Under the pieces are notes generated by a model, which was given only the letters and a program-made list of their open reading frames with translations, searched no databases and was not told the DNA's origin. A DNA stretch of 49,324 nucleotides, filler included, from Dirinaria sp. TL-2023a (taxonomy: Eukaryota), in the NCBI GenBank assembly GCA_051941275.1. It is 2 parts of 2 records of this genome, joined end to end, with 100 filler letters (N's around TTAATTAATTAA, not from the genome) between each part and the next. Parts side by side here need not be neighbours in the genome. Positions count along the whole stretch, not along the records: positions 1 to 24,665 come from JAVEBF010000183.1; 1 more part is not named here. One strand, given 5' to 3'. Below are positions 9,994 through 21,529 of the stretch, piece after piece. The position numbers and the translations under genes are program-made. Each line of letters opens with the position of its first letter. Position 1 is the stretch's first letter.

Positions 9994-12360
9994 ATGGCCC
10001 GAACCTTCAAGTTTTCCTTTCCACTACCTCGTCGAAAATCCAGCTCCGATAAGCAATTTTCTCCGCAATCGCAACAAACATGCAGTGACGAGGCCAATGA
10101 GTTCCCTCTCACGAGCCCAGGAGCAAAAGCGGATGAGATTTTGGGGACGTCGAGCCCAACTATCACCGGTCTAGAACAAAAGCCGCCGTGGACGAACTCC
10201 GATCGATTGCCGAGACGTCCAAGCTTCATGAGTGTCACTATATCCGTCGCAGGTAGCGATTCGGTCAAGGGAGAGGATGAGGTGCGGTCGAGGACCTCTA
10301 CGCCAGGTGATAATGCGCAGAGCCGGCCGCCACTCCCACGAGACCCGCCTTCCTCGCCACTACTGGGTCACTCTTACGCAGCGGCCTCGGAGGATCGCAA
10401 GAGCGGTTCGATCATGTCTAGCCCACGAGCCCGCTACTCCCCATCGTCTTCAAGCCTGCAGTCTTACTATGATCCTGCAAAGTCCCCACTTGCAGTTTCT
10501 CAACAGACGTCAGCCTCTTCCGCACGAGATATGGCATTGCGAAAAGGGTTGCCGACCGTCTCAAGCCCTTTGGCGCGGGATGAGTCGCCACGAACCTCTC
10601 CAGTGGAGGTTGATATGAGGATTGATCAAGAATGCTCGGAGCCTGCGAAGAGAAAACCGGCGTACATAGACTTGTCCACACTTTTCCCTAAGCCACGGCT
10701 GAACCATCCGGCGATCCATTCTCCACACCTGATCACGAAAGAACCTTCTCAGATGTCTTTGATATCAAGGAACCACAAGTCGACTTCGGGGCGGCCGAAA
10801 TGGTTCGGATGGGAAAGAAAAAGGGCAAGGCCACTTGACGTACATGACAGCCAAAAACTGCCATCCGTTCCTCCTCCCGTCGTTGAGATAGCGCCTTTCA
10901 AAGTCAATGTCGTCAGGCCCACTAAAGCTGCTAACAACTGGTTCGATGGTGTTGAGGGTGGTGTCGGGCTTGAAGTCGGGCTTGACAGCTTCAGCTCTAG
11001 CTCTCGGCAAAACGATACTGTAAAGCCTCAATCACCAGAACCTCTTCCGACGTCTTTAAAAGCTGGCTACGAGGGCTTGTCACGAGATTGGCAAAACCGA
11101 TCAAGGAAAAGTAGCCTAAGCAATTTCAGCCAGCGCAGTGTGCCGTCTCAGCGCACAGCCAGCCTTCGATTAGACCCCAACCCAACACCTTTCCATTCAC
11201 AGCATGGGCCACTACCTTCGAATTCTGAGATCCAGAGTAACCGGAGCACCGCCAGCCGCAAAAGCAACCTTTCCAGCCATGACCGTCGGGACACGCTGTC
11301 GGGAATGGATCTGTTGAACCAGAGTGTGCTGGCATTATCATCATCTGAAGACGAGAGTGACGGAGGCACTTCAAACGAGGTCCAAGTTCGAAGACACCGA
11401 ATTCGCGACAGTATCGATCGTGCCGATAAAGGCGAAGAACCAGTACTTTCGAGTGCGGAAAGAGTGGCTACTCTCAGACCGAAGCCAATTGTGAATGTGC
11501 GGACACGCCGACGGTCGAGATCTAGTGGTTCCGCTTCTGAAGTCGTACCGCCTGTACCAGCCCTCCCAATTAGGCCGATACTTAATCCGCGAGTATCCTC
11601 AATGAAGTGGCAAGAACACACCAATATTAGACAGGCGTTGGACCAATACGCAGACTCTGGCACGATTGACTTTGAGCCTCCTACGCGCTCACGCCATGGC
11701 AGTCTGCTCAAACCAGATATCCGTGGGAGTAGGATAATGGCAGTCACCCCAGAAGAGGAGAAGCTGCTTGAAGGCATGCGGAGAAAGAGGGCCAGTATCC
11801 GTCAAGATAATCTGCAGGAAAGCGCGTTTAAGGTCACGTCTCATCCTAGAGAGGCGCTTGTGCGGCCAAGGACGGCTGGTGCAGATAGTCGAGCCCCTTA
11901 CTTTGACACGGAAGTCTCCAAACCATCCCCAAACGTCCCTGATGATCTGGCAAGATCTCTCAACGCTCCATACGCCGCTTCTGCCGACGAGCCAATGCGT
12001 GATGTCGACTATCCATTCCCACAAGTGCCGGAGATCCCCGTGCAACTACGCGACCCAAACGGTTCGGGTTCTCCGCCGAAACAGTCGCCGAGCCTCAGCT
12101 TCAGCGCATCAGATCTCGTCCCTTCTACACCAAGGAGTCGCCGTTCTCCAGTCACCCCTCCACCGGGTATGGCTCATCTTGAGGCGTATTCGGGCAGCTA
12201 TGCAGTGTCGCCTTCTCGGTCCACGTATCCGGCGAAAGCCAAGCATGAGAGGAAAAGGACGGTGAGCAGCAGCGTGGTCGTGCTGGACGGGGCGGAGCAG
12301 CGAGCGCAACAACTTGAGGAAGAAGATGAGATTACGGGTTGGGCGATGAACAGGTGGTAA
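9994..12360 (+). CDS. Uncharacterised S/P/R-rich protein (788 aa, single exon)
   Basis: Long uninterrupted ATG-to-TAA ORF. Mostly low-complexity, with short motif-like islands (YYDPAKSPLAVSQQTSASSARDMALRKG, IDLSTLFPKP, NWFDG, MAVTPEEEKLLEGMRRKRA). Confidence 0.85.
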   Translation: MARTFKFSFPLPRRKSSSDKQFSPQSQQTCSDEANEFPLTSPGAKADEILGTSSPTITGLEQKPPWTNSDRLPRRPSFMSVTISVAGSDSVKGEDEVRSRTSTPGDNAQSRPPLPRDPPSSPLLGHSYAAASEDRKSGSIMSSPRARYSPSSSSLQSYYDPAKSPLAVSQQTSASSARDMALRKGLPTVSSPLARDESPRTSPVEVDMRIDQECSEPAKRKPAYIDLSTLFPKPRLNHPAIHSPHLITKEPSQMSLISRNHKSTSGRPKWFGWERKRARPLDVHDSQKLPSVPPPVVEIAPFKVNVVRPTKAANNWFDGVEGGVGLEVGLDSFSSSSRQNDTVKPQSPEPLPTSLKAGYEGLSRDWQNRSRKSSLSNFSQRSVPSQRTASLRLDPNPTPFHSQHGPLPSNSEIQSNRSTASRKSNLSSHDRRDTLSGMDLLNQSVLALSSSEDESDGGTSNEVQVRRHRIRDSIDRADKGEEPVLSSAERVATLRPKPIVNVRTRRRSRSSGSASEVVPPVPALPIRPILNPRVSSMKWQEHTNIRQALDQYADSGTIDFEPPTRSRHGSLLKPDIRGSRIMAVTPEEEKLLEGMRRKRASIRQDNLQESAFKVTSHPREALVRPRTAGADSRAPYFDTEVSKPSPNVPDDLARSLNAPYAASADEPMRDVDYPFPQVPEIPVQLRDPNGSGSPPKQSPSLSFSASDLVPSTPRSRRSPVTPPPGMAHLEAYSGSYAVSPSRSTYPAKAKHERKRTVSSSVVVLDGAEQRAQQLEEEDEITGWAMNRW

Positions 12361-13168
12361 CAGTGGTCATGGCATCTGCATGTATCGGGTCCGGCGTTCT
12401 TCGGTCCCTTGCTGCAAATATGCACAATTATGCATTATAGGAGTTTGTGCACGATGTTTCTATGTAGACGTAAATGTCTATCTTCAAAAGCTACCTAGTA
12501 GTGTACCTTTTTTTGTTTTTGTTTTTTAAACAGGACCTTTATTATCACCACTTTAGGTAAGACCTAAAGTATCTTTCCAAACGAGCACAAAGCTCATTTC
12601 TTCAGTGAGACTAGAGATTGTCACGTAGCTTCCCCAGCCAGCTTCTGGCAGCCTGACACGATTAGAATGTGATATATGTCAACTACCTTAGTTACCGTAG
12701 CCCAAGATTCGAAGGTGTTGTACCTTGCAGTAGTAATTCCTTCCTCCTTCGGAGAAACCCCTGATTCCGCTTTCCCAAAACGGAGTGGACTGTGCCTTAG
12801 TACCTTACCTTACTCCCAGGTCGGCAAGGGCTTCGGTGTAGGACTGCATCGAGGTTAGCGGGCGATCTTACCTACCCTACCGTACGGATATTACCTAAGG
12901 TAGATCTACGCCATGCGGCGATACCTCACTTGCCTTAGCCACAGCCTGGACTCGCCAGATTCCATACACTAAAAGTAAAGTAGTAAGCAGTCATTAAGGT
13001 ACCTTCACTACTGCTACACTACATACTGTGTCCTGTTTTCCAGATTAAACCAGGTCCATTCTTTTGCACGGAAATGTTCACCCCTTATCGCATTTGTGAC
13101 TTGAAGCTTTACGCCTCGGCGAAAGCATCCGTGTCTGCAGCATAAGCCTACTCGGGTCAGTACCCACG

Positions 13169-14937
13169 ATGGCGGTGGCTGAATTGCCTCACAGTTCGTC
13201 CACGGAGACATGGATGGGACTGTCCATCAAAAAGGCTTCTTTAATTACTGTCGGTGCATCCTTTCTCGGCGATTACGGAGCTCAGCTATATTTTGCTAAC
13301 CCGTCCAAAAGCTGACAATACAGAACTCTACACTCATTCTCGTCCGTGCTTGCGCCTTCACCTTCCTACCCTCTACCCAACCAGTGATAATGGCGATTGT
13401 CTAACCCGCAGACCAGATTTTGCACTACTCCAGGCAAATGCCACTGGTTGGCGGCCGACGATACATCACCTCCACCGCAGTCTTCCTCAATGAGCTCCTA
13501 AAATTCACCGTCTGCTCGAGTATCGCTCTCTACGACACAGCTAGGACATCATCACCTGCTCTGCCGGCAACATCGCTCTTTGGAAAGCTCATAAATGCCG
13601 TCTTCACCGGTGATAGTTGGAAGTTGGCCATACCCGCATGCTTATACGTCCTCCAGAGCTCTTTGCAGTACGTTGCTATCTCGAACCTTGATTCAGCAAC
13701 GTACCAGGTAACATATCAATTCAAAATACTACCGACTGCCTTGTTCAGTGTCTTGCTGCTAAGGAAGAAGCTTTCCGCGCGGAAATGGATTGCACTGGCG
13801 CTGCTGATGTTCGGCGTTGCTATTGTGCAGATACCAACAGGTATGCACTTCGTGAATGCACAATGACCTTCGTAAAGCCAAGGAGCAAAACGTATCCCTA
13901 AATGATTGAAATTGACGACCATCAGCTAACATCTTGTAACTCAGATCCAACTTCCTTGGTCACAGACACACCGTCACGAATGACTTTCCCTAGGTCGCTG
14001 CTCCATTGGCGCAGTAATCCTGACCACGCTTCAAGCTCTCCTTTCCAGAAGCGGTCGGCAACCTACGAAGGAATCGCCGAAGACGAAGGTTTGGTGAAGC
14101 AAATATCAAACACGCCACTGGGATTGACAGCCGCCATTTCAGGATGTGTGGTTTCTGCAGCAGCATCTGTGTATTTCGAGCGTATCGTAAAGGATGCTAC
14201 GATGCCGGTCTCACTTTGGACCCGAAACGTGCAATTATCCTTCTACTCTCTGTTCCCTGCGCTCTTCATCGGAGTGGTCTTTGTGGATGGAGAAGAGGTC
14301 GCACAATACGGTTTCTTCAGCGGCTACAATTGGGTAGTGTGGGTAACTGTCGCCTTTCAAGCCCTTGGTGGGATCCTAATATCACTTTGCGTCACCTATG
14401 CGGACAACATAGCAAAAAGCTTTGCCATTTGCATCAGCATCCTGATCAGTCTCTGTGTCAGCATCTGGTTTTTCGATTTCATCCTTACGCGAAATGTAAG
14501 TCTAGTGCCCCAGTGCTGCTGTTTCTGTTCTCTAAATCACGTCTTGGCCATGCCATTGATCAACACATCCTTATTTCAGGCTTGGCGGGAGAAGAGCGAG
14601 AGGGAATTGGACGGAGCTGCTCATTCCGCTTTTATGTATCCATTGTACTTGCTGACGAGCGTTTACACAGTTCTTGATTGGCACTTCGATCGTGCTGTTT
14701 GCAACATACCTCTACAATAGCTCGGAAAGAAGCCACCGCCCACCACCTATCCGAATCCACAGCTACGAGAAAACGACAGTCGACTCTCTTTCAACAGACG
14801 ACAAAGACGCTACGCAAAAGAAACCAGCGACCCCGGTGAGGAATGAAGGCCATTCTTCATCTCGACCGGGTTCACCGAGCGGACAGCGACGGCCCGGCTC
14901 AGCTAGAGGCTTCTCGATGATCAAACATCAGGATTAG
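13169..14937 (+). CDS. Nucleotide-sugar (UDP-galactose-type, SLC35A/Gms1-like) transporter; exons 13169-13249, 13312-13341, 13417-13840, 13945-14495, 14671-14937
   Basis: Motifs SLIT|LTIQNSTLIL|ILHYSR, YITSTAVFLNELLK, LQYVAISNLDSATYQVTYQFKILPTALFS, SLWTRNVQLS and YADNIAKSFA. Many hydrophobic segments and frame-consistent GT-AG introns. Confidence 0.9.
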
Positions 14938-15300
14938 TGCTGATTGAATCTGCCGGTTTCAAGTGCCCTTTTAAGTGAGAATTCTGCTTTTGCATAGCGA
15001 TTGAGGGTGGCATGCGTTGTGTAGGGTGGCTTGGAGTCCAGACGTGTATGGTTTGTACTACGTGGTATCCGTGTTAAAACCATAGCGTCCTGGGGCTCGC
15101 ATGGATACATGCACATGGCCCGCAGTTTTTTTGGTTTAGAAGCATTAGCTGTACGTATTTGAGCATGTTGCTCACAGAGAGGCAAAGGTAAGGGTCTGTT
15201 CTTGCCAATTCTCACTATGTGTGCATCTGAAGTAGAGCTGTCGACGGTCTCGCTTGGAACTTTTCCCCGGTCAAGCTTTACTTTACCACAACGTCTGCTC

Positions 15301-15366
15301 TTCAAATCTTCTCTTCCCCTTTCCCTTTCCCTTTCCCTCTCCCTCTCCATCTCCCTCTCCCTCTGT
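15301..15366. repeat. Polypyrimidine microsatellite (CCCTTT/CCCTCT hexamers) upstream of MER3
   Basis: ttccctttccctttccctctccctctccatctccctctccctct, seen directly. Confidence 0.8.
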
Positions 15367-15456
15367 CTGTTCTAGCCCCTTCGTAAACGGGATAGGCTAT
15401 GCTGTCCTAGAAGATATCATGTGATCCATACATTCAACCTCAGCATGGTCGCTAGC

Positions 15457-18400
15457 ATGCAGTCCGACATCCATGCTTTGCTGCGTGCAATTCAACATAG
15501 CGACACTGGCCCAGATCACAAACAGGCGCTTTGTCAACCATCTCTTCCCTTTGCTAGGACGGAAAATTCTAAGGACGGCGTGGCATCCGAAGGGCCTCGG
15601 CCGTACGCAGTTGAAAATGGACTGTCTCATCCCCGGTACCGCCGACCGCTATATGAGTCCCAGCTCATGGACGCTGCTGCACACAACGTACCCCTTCGCG
15701 GAGATGTATCCGTCGACAATTATGGTACGGGAAACTTCCTAGTGAAAGCTATCGCTTACGCCTAGCCCAACTCGCAGCGATGCTCGACCACAGGCGCCAG
15801 CAGCGGTCCAACTTTGGAGCATTCAGCACAAATTACAGATACGAAAAAGAAGCAGAGCATGATAAATGTAAGTGGAAGTCTGACAGCCTCAGTGGGAGAA
15901 ACCAACCTGACAAGATGAAACACCAGACTCTCCAGTGTTGCAGCTCAGAGGTAGATGTGCTCCGAGTAATGGATGTGATGCTTGTTGGCTAACATCCTGG
16001 AAGGTCCGTCATCGCGCAGGCCTCCAAATGATGAGCAGCGGAGCTCGTCACCTTCGACATTCACACCTTCAAGCCCTTCCTTGCTAGTAACGCAGCGTCG
16101 AAAAGTGCCCGAGCCTCACGGCAATGAGCATGTCTCAAGGGCACAAAACGGGCCCGTGTTCCCAACATCTGCCCAACCTCAATCCAAGATTCAGCCGAAG
16201 CAGCTGTCTCTTGAACATGCACCTCCCATAATTCAGGGCATCCGCCTTGTTTCACCTGATGGCCTGCCGGATCGCTTTCGATCAGTCTTTCCCTTTCCTC
16301 TGTTCAATGCTGTCCAAAGTAAATGCTACGGCACAGTATATGATTCGGACGATAATGTTGTTGTCTCGGCACCAACAGGAAGTGGTAAGACCGTCATACT
16401 TGAGCTGGCGGTATGCCGGTTGCTGTTCAGTGCCATGGGGGAACAATATAAGATTGTGTATATGGCTCCAACAAAGTCCCTCTGCTCAGAGAGACAGCGG
16501 GACTGGCAGAGCAAATTTTCTTCTTTAGGCGCGAACTGTGCCGAACTGACGAGCGACACCGACCATGCCCACCTACGGCATGTGCAAAGTGCTAGCATTA
16601 TAATTACAACGCCAGAGAAGTGGGACAGTATGACAAGAAAATGGAGGGACCACGCCAAGCTAATGCAGCTAGTGAAGCTGTTTTTGTAAGCAGGGCCGAA
16701 CCCTCTTGGATTATTTTCAGAAGCCGTAACTCATTAGATTCGTAGGATCGACGAAGTCCACATTCTGAAAGAGGCCCGAGGTGCTACTCTCGAAGCAGTT
16801 GTCTCCCGGATGAAGTCGGTAGGTTCTGTCGTACGCTTTGTTGCCTTGAGCGCAACCGTCCCCAATTTGGAGGACATCGCCAAGTGGCTCGGTAAAGATC
16901 ATACGAATCAGCATTTACCTGCCTATCAACAAAAATTTGGCGAAGAGTTCAGGCCGGTAAAGCTGCAGAAATTTGTTTATGGTATCAGCTATCGCGGTAA
17001 TGACTTTGGCTTCGAAAATGCCTGTGATCCAAAGTAGGCTTCGTTCTACTTACAGAAGTAAGATATCTACTGATCGCTCACAGGTTGCCCGATATCCTAG
17101 TGAAGCACTCTCATAATAAGCCAATGATGATCTTCTGCTTCACGCGGAAGTCCTGTATTTCTACTGCTAAGCTATTGGCCAATTTCTGGGCCAGTAAAGG
17201 CCCAAGAGACCGGCTCTGGCCAGGTCCAGCGTTTCGGATAGCAGTTCAAGACCCAGAGCTACAAGGTGTGGATGAAACCACGAGGTATCTTGGAGGAGCT
17301 GACTCTTCCCAGGTACTTTAGCATCAGGCGTTGCTTTCCACCATGCAGGGCTCGATCTTCCGGATAGACATGCTATTGAAAAGGGATACCTGGAAGGTCA
17401 GATCCATGTTATATGTTGTACATCGACCCTTGCGGTTGGCATTAATCTGCCATGCCATTTGGTCATCATTAAGAACACGGTTTGCTACCAGAATGATGGT
17501 ATTAAAGAGTACGCGGATCTAGAGATCATGCAGATGCTGGGACGAGCAGGCAGGTAAGGCTTGATGGCAGATCACTGTGCGACATGCCAGTCCTTATGGT
17601 TGATTCTTGATAGGCCACAATTTGATGACAGTGCGGTCGCAATAATCATTACCAGACAAGAGAAAGTTAACAAGTACGAGAAAATGATGTCCGGGGAGGA
17701 AATTTTGGAGAGCTGGTCAGTCAGTCCTGGCACAAGGAGCATGGGTTTGGCTGACGATATATATAGTTTGCATCTGAACCTCATTGAGCATATGGTCTTG
17801 CCCAAATAAAAGTTACCTTCGAAGACCGATTACGCTAATGGTTTGATAGAATGCCGAAGTAGGCCTTGGGACTGTCTATGACTTGCAGTCTGCGAAAAAA
17901 TGGCTCGCTGGTACTTTTCTAGCAGTCAGGCTAGCAAAGAATCCTGATCATTACAAGCTTGAAAAGGATGCGCCAGGCCACAATTTGGATGACAAGATGG
18001 AGCAGATTTGTCAGCGAGAACTTCTGCTTCTGAACGACTACGACTTGGTTTGCTCGGTTGATGATCGCGTAAACATTAAGTGCACCGAGTATGGTGATGC
18101 TATGGCACGATATTATGTTAGGTTTGAGACCATGAAAATCATACTTGGCCTCGAACCAAAGTCCAAGATGTCGGACATTGTGGGACTCCCCCTTCCGCCA
18201 ATGGACTAGTGAACAGAGCTAATTCGCAGCAGCTTTCTGCTCTCTCACAAGCCGACGAGTACCGGGAGATCCGCTTGAAAGCTGCCGAGAAGAGTCTTTA
18301 CAAAAACATAAACAATGCAAATGGAACAAAATTCCCCATCAAAGTCGATCTAGCGCTCCATGCCCACAAACGAAGTCTACTGATACAAGCTGAGCTCGGG

Positions 18401-20874
18401 GGAGTCGATTTTCCTAACGACGAGCACTATGTGAAGCACAGAAGACAATACAATCAAGACAAGACTTTGGTCTTTTCTCACATCCACCGTTTAATACGTT
18501 GCATCGTTGACTGCCAGATATACCGTCAGGACGCCGTCTCTGTTCGAAGTGCTATGGAGCTAGCCAGAAGCTTTGCCGCTAGGGTATGGGACAATTCTCC
18601 TCTTCAGATGAAACAGTTGCCCAACATCGGTTTGGTAGCTATACGGAAGCTAGTGATGGGGGGTATCAACAGCATTGAGGCTTTAGAAGCTGCCGAATCT
18701 CACCGGATCGAGTTGCTCATGAGCAAGAATCCACCATTTGGGCAGAAGCTTCTGGCTGGCCTCAAAGACTTCCCCAAACTACGGGTCTCTGTTAAAATGA
18801 TGGGCAAGGTTCGTCTTGTCGGCTTTCTGATGTTACAAGCAGACAATTGAAGAAGCACAGGAGCTGAAACCACCACACCCTGTCAAAATTCGGATCAAAG
18901 CTGAGTGCGGATTTATTAATGAACGTCCTCCAGCTATATTTCATCGAAGACCAATATGCATATGCTTGATTGTCGAAAGATCGGATGGGCTATTGGTAGA
19001 TTTTCGCCGGCTGAGGTACGATAGAGTTAGCGCCAATTTGCCTAGAAACTTACCTGTGCCAGTGCGAAGAAGCTCGATCAAGAGCAGAACGTCTTGCTGT
19101 CAGCGGATCTGACGTGCCGTACGCAGTATATCACCTGCTACGTTATGTGCGATGAAATTGGTCAGAAACTTCCCCCTCAATGTTCACTTGTACATATTTT
19201 GACTGTAAGGATTGCCTAGCCGGTACTCTGCAGTATGCGGAGCTCAAACCTAATCTACCGGCTTCGTTCTTTCCAACTCCCGATAAGACCCAAACCATCG
19301 AAGACTCTCTCGGAAATGGAAGACTGAAAGCTCTTCCATCTTTCAAAAAGTTCAAGGAGACTTCAACGGCTGATGAAGTCTTCGATGACGATGTTGACGA
19401 TCAAGACTTACTGGAGGCCGGTATCATGAAAACCATGCTCTGATTTTTCGGGACTTGACTTGACAAATATTGCAGTGGATGCCCATGGCCATACGCACAT
19501 TGATACCTACAACAAAGGGGCAGATGCACATTCAAAGCATTCCGAGCCAGCTACCAATCAGAAAATGCACGCACGTATTAGCCAGAAAGAGTCCGAATGG
19601 AACCCTACACGCCTTGACAATGGGAAGTGGGCCTGCAACCACAAGTGCAAAGACAAAACAGCGTAGGTCATTGCCTCGTACCTGGTTTTTCTGCGCTTAC
19701 ATACTCTGTCAGCTGTAAGCACTTGTGCTGTCGGGAAGGAATTGAGAAACCGCCGAAGGCACCCAAAGCTTCGGCAGCCTCCGCAGAGACTTCGAATGAA
19801 GACAAACGATCAAAACAAGAAGAGCACGACAGCAGCAGATTTAACTCTACTCAATCTAAAAGGGCTACTCATAGCACTGCCAAAGGTACCCCCACACAGG
19901 ACGTCGACGTAGTGGATATGACTCGGGTCAGGGACGACGCCGAGTATGCGAAGAGTGGTCCCCGGGATTACCGGAATCTCCATCGCCTTCACGAAAAGAT
20001 AATTCCTAGGGCTCCTACCCGTATTCGGCCACCTAGTAAATCTACCTACTCGATCGGCCGGGGACAACAGCCACGGCTTTCACCAACGTATGATGGAGCT
20101 GAAGATCATCAGTCTAAGAACCAAATATCTAGCGATTACGGCGACGAATGGATGGATGAGCTCCCTTCAACCTTCGACCTGATGAGAAAGAGACCAGATT
20201 TCTCAAGGGAGCACAATACTCACTTGCCGGATTTAGTTAACGAGGCACCTCGTACAAATGACTTCGAGACTAATAGTCCGAAAGCCGACGAAACGGAAAA
20301 GGCGTTCGAAGATGAGCTCTCGGATATAGAAGCTGTTATGATTGGCCTTGAGGATTCAAGGTCTATGACTGATCCCAGGCGTATGGAGAACGAGAATGTG
20401 GCCGGATCTGAACCGAATGATGATAACCCAGCCCTACCTACGGTAGAGCAAGACACCATCCGGCGCTCGGAATTTATCGACGATCCTACTGAGTCGCACT
20501 GCAAGCGCAAATTTTTGACGGCGCTACCGACCGATGAGCGGCTGTTTCTCTCGACCGACAGTGCTGAGAGACCCCTGAAAGTACAGAAGAGGATTTTCGA
20601 GAACGCTGCTCCAGACCCTGGATTCTCGGATTTCGCCGATTTGCTGTCTAGCGAAAGCGGCGAGCAACAGCCTGCCATTCGACATGGTAGCCCTAACGTA
20701 ACGGAAGACAACGGTTTGACGTACAAAACGGCCACTTCCGAAGCTAAGACGATATCTGCTCGGGAAGGATTTACTAACGGTGGGAGGCCACTGCCAGCCT
20801 GGGTGGACAATTTCGACCCGGAGTTCCTTGAGAATTTTTTGAGGGAGTATGGAGATCTCGTGGTTTTGATTTGA
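15457..20874 (+). CDS. MER3: Meiotic DEAD/DEAH-box DNA helicase Mer3/HFM1 (16 exons, 15 introns; start could be 15445)
   Basis: FNAVQSKC, SAPTGSGKT (Walker A), YMAPTKSL, L|IDEVH, RFVALSATVPN, GVAFHHAG, TSTLAVGINLP, QMLGRAGR|PQFD, a Sec63-like region and the C-terminal CNHKCKDKTA|CKHLCC motif. Introns begin at 15725, 15868, 15951, 16686, 17034, 17266, 17554, 17716, 17795, 18180, 18809, 19016, 19161, 19421 and 19663, all keeping frame. Confidence 0.93.
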
Positions 20875-21529
20875 AAGCCAAGTGTCCGAATATCATTGAC
20901 GAAGTTATGGCTGTAGCTGCTGCAATTGTGCTGGTGAAGAAGATCTTCTTGCTTCGATTTATCACGTCAGGTAGCTTATAGCTAGCTTTTCCATGTTTGT
21001 AGTACCGACAGCACTGGATCCTCCTCTATGGGATCTCTTGCTTCTTTAAGGTCGCAGCCGTCATTGGTAGCAAGCTGTGCAACGTGTCTGCCATTTCTCG
21101 TCACTGGCTGCGGAGCTCTGATACTGAGATGTGGCATACAGTAAAGTACCTTAGGTAGCAATATGGCGCGGTTGTGAGGGCAAAACCGTGAAGTACTTAT
21201 CCCTACCCGGCGACGTGTTATGCAAACACAAACATCAAACTTTGCCCATGCTACCACCCATCGAGCATCGAATTGACAATTCTCCGGTGCTGGTTGGTAC
21301 GGCGGCTTCCCTTTACTTTTACATTAGCCCCTGGATTGCTGCAGGAAGCACTTAATCCTCTTTCTCCCTGGACGCTGTGCCGTCAAATTTTCCATGATAT
21401 TCACTCAACACGTGTCTGGACTTCACCACTGCCCCGCCTCGGCACTTTTACACTCCCTGAACCTGGTGCACGATCTTCGTATGCGCCGAGGATTGGTTCT
21501 CATCAAGATTCCTGCGGCAGCGGAGCACG

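Noticed and set aside
11148..11777. Long antisense ORFs (also 20220-20810, 40036-40551, 47724-48791)
   Set aside because: They are shadow frames of real genes on the opposite strand, with no independent motifs.
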